Below are positions 42,531 to 47,943 of a stretch of 47,943 nt of DNA, one piece after another. Position numbers and translations under genes: made by a program. This DNA comes from an archaeon. Lineage in GTDB: Archaea; SpSt-1190. The stretch spans positions 1 to 47,943 of the forward strand of contig DSCG01000004.1 in the NCBI GenBank assembly GCA_011049195.1, given 5' to 3'. The notes under the pieces were generated by a model. That model searched no databases. It was given only the letters and a program-made list of their open reading frames with translations, and was not told the DNA's origin. Positions within the stretch are counted from its first letter, which is position 1. Every line of letters starts with the position of its first letter.

Positions 42531-43409
42531 ATGCAGTATGAGTTTTTGACATACGCGCTGGAAGTGAACAAGGGCAATTTTGCAGTTAAGGCCCAAGGCA
42601 TAAACCTCCATCGGAAGATTATCAACCTTAATAACAAAACCCAGGGTGAAAAAATCAAACAAGCCTGTGAAAAATGGCACATGCCCGCATCCAAGAAAAA
42701 ACCACCCGAAGAAAGACTGTTGGCGGATGTCTGGGAAAATAATGGCAAGGCCATCCTTCATGGCGAGCTGAAGACAGGTTACGAATGTCTGCAGAGAAGA
42801 AGTTCAGAAGTCCGCTCACCCAAATGGCGCAAGCTGGAACAAAAATACCAGAAAGGCTGGGTTATCCGGACGGGTCACGATTTTGAGCTCCAGGTCGTTG
42901 GCATTATACCGGGCACAGCCATCGGCAACTTACGGGATTTGGCGAGTGTGCAAAAAGCTGACATGAAAGTTTACCCCGACAAATGTCTGGACATTATTGA
43001 GGGGTGCTATGAAAACTTTGAATGCCCCTCCCTGCCTGCGGAGGCCTATTACACGAGGGCTCATAAAATCTGTCATATCCTGGACTTGTTAGGCATGGAG
43101 GACGCCATGGAAGAAACGGCGCTGGGCTTTGTAAGAAGGTTTGAACCCAAAATCTACAAACTGGATTATAAGCGTATATCAGAAGTTACAGGGTGCGTGC
43201 TGGTGGGGAAATATAGTGAGAAAGGCCAGGGCACACGCAGGTTCAATGTGGCAACTGCCATCCGACAAAAGGGCGACGGCAAGCCGGAAGCTTGGTTTGA
43301 AACCTATTTGAGGAAGCAGATACGCATCAGATTCATGCCGGACGACACCTGCTGGACTTACTTCAAAGATGACGGAGAAAAGGAACTGGATGCCCTCATC
43401 ACTCAATAA
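42531..43409 (+). CDS. Hypothetical protein (Cys-containing ORFan)
   Basis: Start placed at MQYEFL, consistent with the TATA spacing. The track ORF begins at 42339 inside the CYTH tail. 292 aa, no motif recognised. The 3' end overlaps the convergent rps10 by 11 nt. Confidence 0.5.
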   Translation: MQYEFLTYALEVNKGNFAVKAQGINLHRKIINLNNKTQGEKIKQACEKWHMPASKKKPPEERLLADVWENNGKAILHGELKTGYECLQRRSSEVRSPKWRKLEQKYQKGWVIRTGHDFELQVVGIIPGTAIGNLRDLASVQKADMKVYPDKCLDIIEGCYENFECPSLPAEAYYTRAHKICHILDLLGMEDAMEETALGFVRRFEPKIYKLDYKRISEVTGCVLVGKYSEKGQGTRRFNVATAIRQKGDGKPEAWFETYLRKQIRIRFMPDDTCWTYFKDDGEKELDALITQ

Positions 43410-43707
43410 TCTCAATCTCAATGTGGACGTTCTCGGGAACCTGAAGCCTCATAATCTGCCTCATGACCCTGTCGTCTAGACCGACATCCACCACACGCTT
43501 GTGGATGCGCTTCTCCCATCTTTCCCAGCGGTTGGTGCCCTCGCCGTCCGGGGACGTTAGGGTGGTGACCTTCAGTTTCTTGGTGGGCAGGGGGATGGGG
43601 CCTCCGACCTTGACGCCAGCCTTCTGGCCCAGTTTGCGGATTTCCCAGGCAATGCCCTCCACGACTTCGGGCTTGATGCCGCTGAGTTTGATGCGTGCTT
43701 TTCTCAT
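43399..43707 (-). CDS. rps10: 30S ribosomal protein S10 (uS10)
   Basis: 102 aa. RIKLSG...GPIPLPTKKLKVTTLTSPDGEGTNRWERWEKRIHKR is canonical archaeal S10. Confidence 0.93.
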   Translation of the reverse strand: MRKARIKLSGIKPEVVEGIAWEIRKLGQKAGVKVGGPIPLPTKKLKVTTLTSPDGEGTNRWERWEKRIHKRVVDVGLDDRVMRQIMRLQVPENVHIEIEIIE

Positions 43708-43749
43708 GGACTCACTTCATGGAGGGTGTTCCGGGGTTTTAAAAGCTTG

Positions 43750-44223
43750 TTATTCCACATGAGGGTGCGTATGGGCTTCCGCATTCTCCGTGTCCTTCCT
43801 TATGCGTTGGGCCTCTTTTTCCAGCTTTTCCGGAATAGGGCGGCCCTGTTTTTTCAGGTAGTCGTAGATGGCCATCTTAAGGGCGTCAACGGCCAGCACG
43901 GAGCAATGGACTTTGACGGGGGGCAGGCCTCCCAGCTCCCGGACCACGTCCTGGTTGGTCATGGCCATGGCCTGCTCCAGGGTCTTGCCCTTGGCCAGCT
44001 CGGTGGCTATGGAGCTGGTAGCTATGGCCGCCACGCAGCCCAGAGTTTTGAATTTGACGTCGGCGATGACTTCCTTCCCGGCGGGGTTTTTGCCGACCCG
44101 GATAAAGAGGTGCATGACGTCGCCGCACACCACGTTGCCCACCTCGCCCACGCCGTCGGCATCGGGCATGTCCCCCATGTTGATGGGTTTCAGGAAATAG
44201 TCCATGACTTTCTGGTTATACAT
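43750..44223 (-). CDS. iscU: IscU/NifU-like Fe-S cluster scaffold
   Basis: Three conserved Cys contexts: GNVVCGDVM, LGCVAAIATSS and VHCSVLA. Confidence 0.88.
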   Translation of the reverse strand: MYNQKVMDYFLKPINMGDMPDADGVGEVGNVVCGDVMHLFIRVGKNPAGKEVIADVKFKTLGCVAAIATSSIATELAKGKTLEQAMAMTNQDVVRELGGLPPVKVHCSVLAVDALKMAIYDYLKKQGRPIPEKLEKEAQRIRKDTENAEAHTHPHVE

Positions 44224-45387
44224 TCACTCCCTCCTCCAAGTTGCACTCATGCTTCTTAACTGTTTCACTTCGTCCTTGAGGACCTCCACCACATAGTCCA
44301 TCTGCTCCAGGGTGTTCTCCCAGCCAAGACTCATGCGGATGCTGGCGTGGGCCAGCTCGGGTTTCCGGCCTATGGCCATCATGGTGTGGCTGGCCTCCAG
44401 GGTGTTGGAGGAACAGGCCGAGCCCGTGGAGGCCGCGATGCCGTGGGCATCCAGACGGAGGAGGAGAGCTTCACCTTCCACTCCCGGAAAAGAAAAGTTG
44501 GTGTTGTTGACCAGCCGTTGGGTGGGGTGGCCGTTGAGGAGGGCTCCGGGGATTTCCGCCAGAACGCGTTTGATAAGATGGTCGCGGAGGGTCTGCATGT
44601 GTCTGTTCTTCTCCGGGGAGGCAAGGCTGACGGCCTTGCCGAAGCCCATAATTCCATGGACGTTGATGGTTCCGCTCCGGTGGCCGAATTCGTGACCCCC
44701 GCCGTGGAGGAGTGGGACCAGCTTGGTGCCTTGTTTGACTACCAGAGCCCCCACACCTTTGGGGCCATAGATTTTGTGGGAGTTGATGGTTATGAGGTCC
44801 AGGTTCAAATCCTTGAGGTTCAGGGGCTCTTTGGTGAAGCTCTGGCAGGCGTCGGTGTGGAAGAGGATGGCAGGGTTGGCGGTTTTTATGACCTGACCAA
44901 TTTCCTTGAGGGGTTGGACGGTGCCAATCTCGTTGTTGGCGTGCATGATGGTCACCAGAAAAGTTTCGGGGCGGATGGCAGATTTCAAGTCTTCGGGGTT
45001 CACCATGCCAAATTCATCAACATCCAGATAAGTTACAGCAAAACCGCGAGACTCCAGCCACTTGCAGGCGTTGAGGACGCAGTCGTGCTCAGTTTTCTGG
45101 GTGATTATGTGGCCCTTCAAGCCAGAAGCTTCTCTGGTGAAGGCGACGCCTTTGATGGCCCAGTTGTTGGCCTCGGTGCCACCGGAGGTAAAAATCACTT
45201 CCCGGCACATTATGTTTAGCTTGTCAGCTATCTGCTCCCGGGCCAGGTCGACAGCCTTCCTGGCCTCGCGGCCCCATTTGTGGAGGCTGGAGGCGTTGCC
45301 GAATTGCTCCGTGAAGTAGGGCTGCATGGCCACCAGAACCTCGGGATGGATGGGAGTGGTCGCGGCGTGGTCCAGATAAACTTCCAT
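44224..45387 (-). CDS. nifS: Cysteine desulfurase (NifS/IscS type)
   Basis: INSHKIYGPKGVGAL (PLP Lys) and STGSACSS (catalytic Cys loop). Abuts iscU. Confidence 0.92.
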   Translation of the reverse strand: MEVYLDHAATTPIHPEVLVAMQPYFTEQFGNASSLHKWGREARKAVDLAREQIADKLNIMCREVIFTSGGTEANNWAIKGVAFTREASGLKGHIITQKTEHDCVLNACKWLESRGFAVTYLDVDEFGMVNPEDLKSAIRPETFLVTIMHANNEIGTVQPLKEIGQVIKTANPAILFHTDACQSFTKEPLNLKDLNLDLITINSHKIYGPKGVGALVVKQGTKLVPLLHGGGHEFGHRSGTINVHGIMGFGKAVSLASPEKNRHMQTLRDHLIKRVLAEIPGALLNGHPTQRLVNNTNFSFPGVEGEALLLRLDAHGIAASTGSACSSNTLEASHTMMAIGRKPELAHASIRMSLGWENTLEQMDYVVEVLKDEVKQLRSMSATWRRE

Positions 45388-45484
45388 AAACCCGAAGGGG
45401 GACGGAGTTTATAAAATTAACAGTGTTAAAGTTCAGTGGCACGCCCCCGGTAAAAACTTTAAGTCCCGAGCGAGGGAGCCCGGC

Positions 45485-45895
45485 GTGGAGCTGTATCTTG
45501 ACACTAATATTTACATGGCCTTTTCCAACATGGATGAAGAGTGGTACTGCCAAGCCCAGCAACTTTTGACCGACATAGTTTCCTGCAAACACTCCATACT
45601 CTTCTCTGATTTGGTTGAAAGAGAACTGGAGAAAAAATCCAGGGAGAAAAAAGTCAATTACCGTAAGCATCTGGACCAGTTGTCCAAAATCCCTAACAAA
45701 ACCAGAAAGCTGGAGATTAGAGAGAATACAAGGAAAATCGCGAAGGATATTCATATACATCACCCCGACTGTGTTCATTTGGCTATCTGCAAAGAAAACG
45801 GTGTGGTATTGGTGTGTTTTGATTATGATGCAGTTGAAGAGGCCAAAGAAAACGGCATCACCGCCCTGCATTTCACAGAGCTCTGGACCATTTAG
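45485..45895 (+). CDS. PIN-domain protein (VapC-like ribonuclease)
   Basis: GTG start. LYLDTNIY N-terminal acidic motif, with later acidic positions (VERELE, HHPDCVHLAI, CFDYDAVEE) in PIN-like order. A/T-richer than the flanks. Confidence 0.5.
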   Translation: MELYLDTNIYMAFSNMDEEWYCQAQQLLTDIVSCKHSILFSDLVERELEKKSREKKVNYRKHLDQLSKIPNKTRKLEIRENTRKIAKDIHIHHPDCVHLAICKENGVVLVCFDYDAVEEAKENGITALHFTELWTI

Positions 45896-46278
45896 GATGA
45901 GGCAGCCTTAAGCTTGTCCCTGACCGCATAGGCTTGGGAGACCAGGAGAGGGTCATCAAGTTTGAAGATTGAGTTGGGATAATCAAAATCAACTGCACTC
46001 TTTTCCAGAGCCGTGCCGGAGTCAGTGAGTTGAATAACGTCACATTTGCCTTTTCTCTGCCGGGTGATGAGCCCTCTCCGAACCATTGAGTCGACAAAGG
46101 CTTTCAGCTCGCGGGAATACGGACCATATTTATAATCCCTGAAGGGGAAGGGGAGGGGGACGCCATGCTCATGTTTCAGGAGAAAGACCAGCTTCTGGAA
46201 ACGCTTGACTCCAAACACGGCCCCACCCTGGAGTCTAATAATCCTTAGAAGGGTGGTTGTGACTATGTCCTCAACCAT
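45892..46278 (-). CDS. Winged-helix-like small protein (YwgA/Panacea-like?), possible antitoxin or regulator
   Basis: 128 aa. KRFQKLVFLLKHEHG...FRDYKYGPYSRELKAFVDSMVRRGLI resembles the K-L-Q-K-L...Y-G-P-Y-S pattern of small archaeal wHTH proteins. The assignment is tentative. Converges on the PIN gene with a 4-nt overlap. Confidence 0.3.
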   Translation of the reverse strand: MVEDIVTTTLLRIIRLQGGAVFGVKRFQKLVFLLKHEHGVPLPFPFRDYKYGPYSRELKAFVDSMVRRGLITRQRKGKCDVIQLTDSGTALEKSAVDFDYPNSIFKLDDPLLVSQAYAVRDKLKAASS

Positions 46279-46357
46279 TGATAGATTTAGGCTTTGGAAT
46301 TATAAAAGCTCACCTAATACGACCAATAATACCGCTAAGCTACTGAGCCAATGCAAG

Positions 46358-46402
46358 AAACCAAAAATAAAAGAAAGAAAGGGTGAGGTCGTTAGACCTC
46401 AC
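46358..46402 (-). terminator. Hairpin plus oligo-T tract after tuf
   Basis: GTGAGGTC-gtta-GACCTCAC (46383-46402) includes the tuf stop. On the minus strand it is followed by CCCTTTCTTTCTTTTATTTTTGG. Confidence 0.5.
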
Positions 46403-47676
46403 ATAACTTTCTCCTTCAAGTCAATTATCATACCGACTCCCACAGTCATACCCATGTCACGCATGGAGAAGCGTCCCAGAGGCGGGATGTCTTTGTACTT
46501 CTCGGCACACATGGGCTGGTTGGGGGTCAGCTCGACAATGGCGGCGTCACCGGTCTTGATGAAGTCCGGATTTTCAGCAGCCACCTGACCGCTCTTGGGA
46601 TCCAGCTTCTTCAGAAGTTTGGTAATCCTGCATGCCACCTGAGAGGTGTGCATGTGGAAGACCGGAGCATAGCCGACCGCAATCACAGTCGGGTGGTTCA
46701 GAACCACCAGCTGGGCGGTAAAACTCTCCACTACGGTGGGCGGGTTGTCAGCGGGACCTGCAACGTCACCCCTCCGGATGTCGCCTTTGCCGACGCCACG
46801 CACGTTGAAGCCGACGTTGTCGCCGGGGCGGGCCTCCTGCAACTGCTGGTGGTGCATCTCAATAGACTTTACTTCACCACCCACGTTGGAGGGCATGAAG
46901 CTAACCTTGGAGTTGACCTTCAGCACACCGGTTTCCACTCTCCCAACAGGCACGAGGCCTATACCCGAGATTGAGTACGAGTCCTGGATGGGTAACCTCA
47001 GGGGTAGAGCCGCCAGAGTATCGGTGTTGGGAGGTTCAAAGTTGTCAATAGCATCCAGCAGAGTCGGGCCCTTGTACCAGGCCATGTTCTCGGACTTCTT
47101 GCAAATGTTGTCGCCCTTGTAACCGGAAGTCGGGATGAAGGCTATCTTGGTGAGGTCAAAGCCCATCATCTTGAGGTCCTTCTCCAGGTCGGCCTTCACC
47201 TCGTTGAATCTCTTCTCGTCATAGTTGATCTCGTCCATCTTGTTGACGCAAACTGCCAGTTGGTTGATGCCGGCGGTCTTGACCAGAGTTATGTGTTCCT
47301 TGGTCTGGGCCTGGGGGCCCTCCTTGCCGGAAACCATGAGCACTGCGGCGTCGGCCTGACTGGCCCCGGTAATCATGTTTTTAACAAAGTCTTTGTGACC
47401 GGGGGCGTCAATAACCGTGATGTAGTGCTTGTTGGTCTTGAACTCATGGTGGGCGATGTCGATGGTCAAACCACGTTCGCGCTCCTCCTTGAGTCGGTCC
47501 ATAACGAAAGCGAATTCCCAGGTAGCCTTACCACCTTTGTCCGCCTCCTCCTTGAGTTTCCTCATCACATTCTCAGGCACGTGCCCTGTATCATAGAGCA
47601 AACGGCCTACGGTAGTGCTTTTACCGTGGTCCACGTGTCCCACGAACACAACATTTAAGTGGGGTTTTTCTGCCAT
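46399..47676 (-). CDS. tuf: Translation elongation factor 1-alpha
   Basis: [17 protein letters not shown] and NKMD motifs; 425 aa. Confidence 0.97.
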   Translation of the reverse strand: MAEKPHLNVVFVGHVDHGKSTTVGRLLYDTGHVPENVMRKLKEEADKGGKATWEFAFVMDRLKEERERGLTIDIAHHEFKTNKHYITVIDAPGHKDFVKNMITGASQADAAVLMVSGKEGPQAQTKEHITLVKTAGINQLAVCVNKMDEINYDEKRFNEVKADLEKDLKMMGFDLTKIAFIPTSGYKGDNICKKSENMAWYKGPTLLDAIDNFEPPNTDTLAALPLRLPIQDSYSISGIGLVPVGRVETGVLKVNSKVSFMPSNVGGEVKSIEMHHQQLQEARPGDNVGFNVRGVGKGDIRRGDVAGPADNPPTVVESFTAQLVVLNHPTVIAVGYAPVFHMHTSQVACRITKLLKKLDPKSGQVAAENPDFIKTGDAAIVELTPNQPMCAEKYKDIPPLGRFSMRDMGMTVGVGMIIDLKEKVM

Positions 47677-47825
47677 ATCTTCTCACCTCATTTTAGCGTA
47701 TTTTACAGCTGACCAACCACTCAGACGTGGTTTTTTAAATATATGCCTCCCGCACCCCCCCCTGGGAGAGCTTTTAAACGGAGAAAATCAAGTTAAGGGT
47801 GGCGGGAACCACCACCCCCGGGATT

Positions 47826-47943
47826 ATGGAGTCCTCCGAATGCGGAATGGCTTCCTACCTGAAAAAAATAGAGGCTTTCAGGCAGGTTCTGGAAAAAGAG
47901 GCGGTCTATTTTGCAAAAGAGCTTGAAAAAAGAGGTCTTCAGG
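47826..47943 (+). CDS. Hypothetical protein, 5' fragment running off the right edge
   Basis: Absent from the track. The ATG at 47826 opens MESSECGMASYLKKIEAFRQVLEKEAVYFAKELEKRGLQ... with no stop to the window end. TTTTAAA lies about 50 nt upstream. No motif recognised. Confidence 0.3.
   Translation, partial: MESSECGMASYLKKIEAFRQVLEKEAVYFAKELEKRGLQ

Noticed and set aside
44347-45871. A 290-aa plus-strand ORF (44347..45219) and a 215-aa minus-strand ORF (45224..45871)
   Set aside because: The first is antisense to nifS. The second is antisense to the nifS 5' end, the spacer and the PIN gene, and has no motifs.
47615-47926. A 103-aa plus-strand ORF upstream of tuf
   Set aside because: It overlaps the tuf start and promoter and has Gly/Arg-rich low complexity. 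A different frame (ATG at 47826) gives a more protein-like sequence.

Overview
This is a gene-dense (about 90% coding) fragment of an archaeal chromosome. I cannot assign the lineage from sequence alone. The many pilin-like and surface proteins and the mostly leaderless promoters fit an uncultivated, possibly DPANN-like, archaeon.

Most genes are recognisable housekeeping genes:
- Translation and ribosome: alaS, pelota, aIF5A, ABCE1, uS10, EF-1alpha, Bud32, a YlqF-type GTPase.
- Replication, repair and chromatin: RFC small subunit, HerA-NurA, Alba, Ogg, an endonuclease IV-like protein.
- Nucleotide and central metabolism: AMP phosphorylase, adenylate kinase, archaeal SAM synthetase, pyrB and pyrI, NifS-IscU, an aminotransferase.
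- House-cleaning NTPases: HAM1 and YjjX.
- One RNA gene: tRNA-His(GUG).

The most notable items:
1. The N-terminus of a Cas12a (Cpf1) effector on the minus strand runs off the left edge. It is missing from the ORF track. No CRISPR array or adaptation genes lie in the window.
2. A 63-bp tandem repeat (about 3.65 copies) sits exactly between the divergent core promoters of rfcS and a secreted Lon-type protease.
3. The 3' portion of tRNA-His plus 20 nt of flank is duplicated 116 bp downstream, with a degenerate third copy. This resembles an att-site scar or a tRNA-half relic.
4. GC-rich twin-hairpin repeats lie between the ABCE1 and CYTH promoters. They share a GTCCCGAG motif with other intergenic spots.
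5. A 230-bp structured intergenic gap may encode an RNA.
6. An oxidised-guanine sanitation cluster (ogg, HD hydrolase) ends in an MTH1-like Nudix fragment that lacks its Nudix box.
7. The usual archaeal tuf-rps10 adjacency is broken by nifS-iscU plus a convergent PIN/winged-helix pair.
8. A co-directional, start/stop-overlapping string joins rfcS, an 889-aa surface protein, nurA, herA and ham1.
9. Several A/T-richer single-gene ORFans are present.

I saw no transposase, integrase, rRNA or CRISPR array. All calls rest on visual motif recognition and hand translation. No database search was run.
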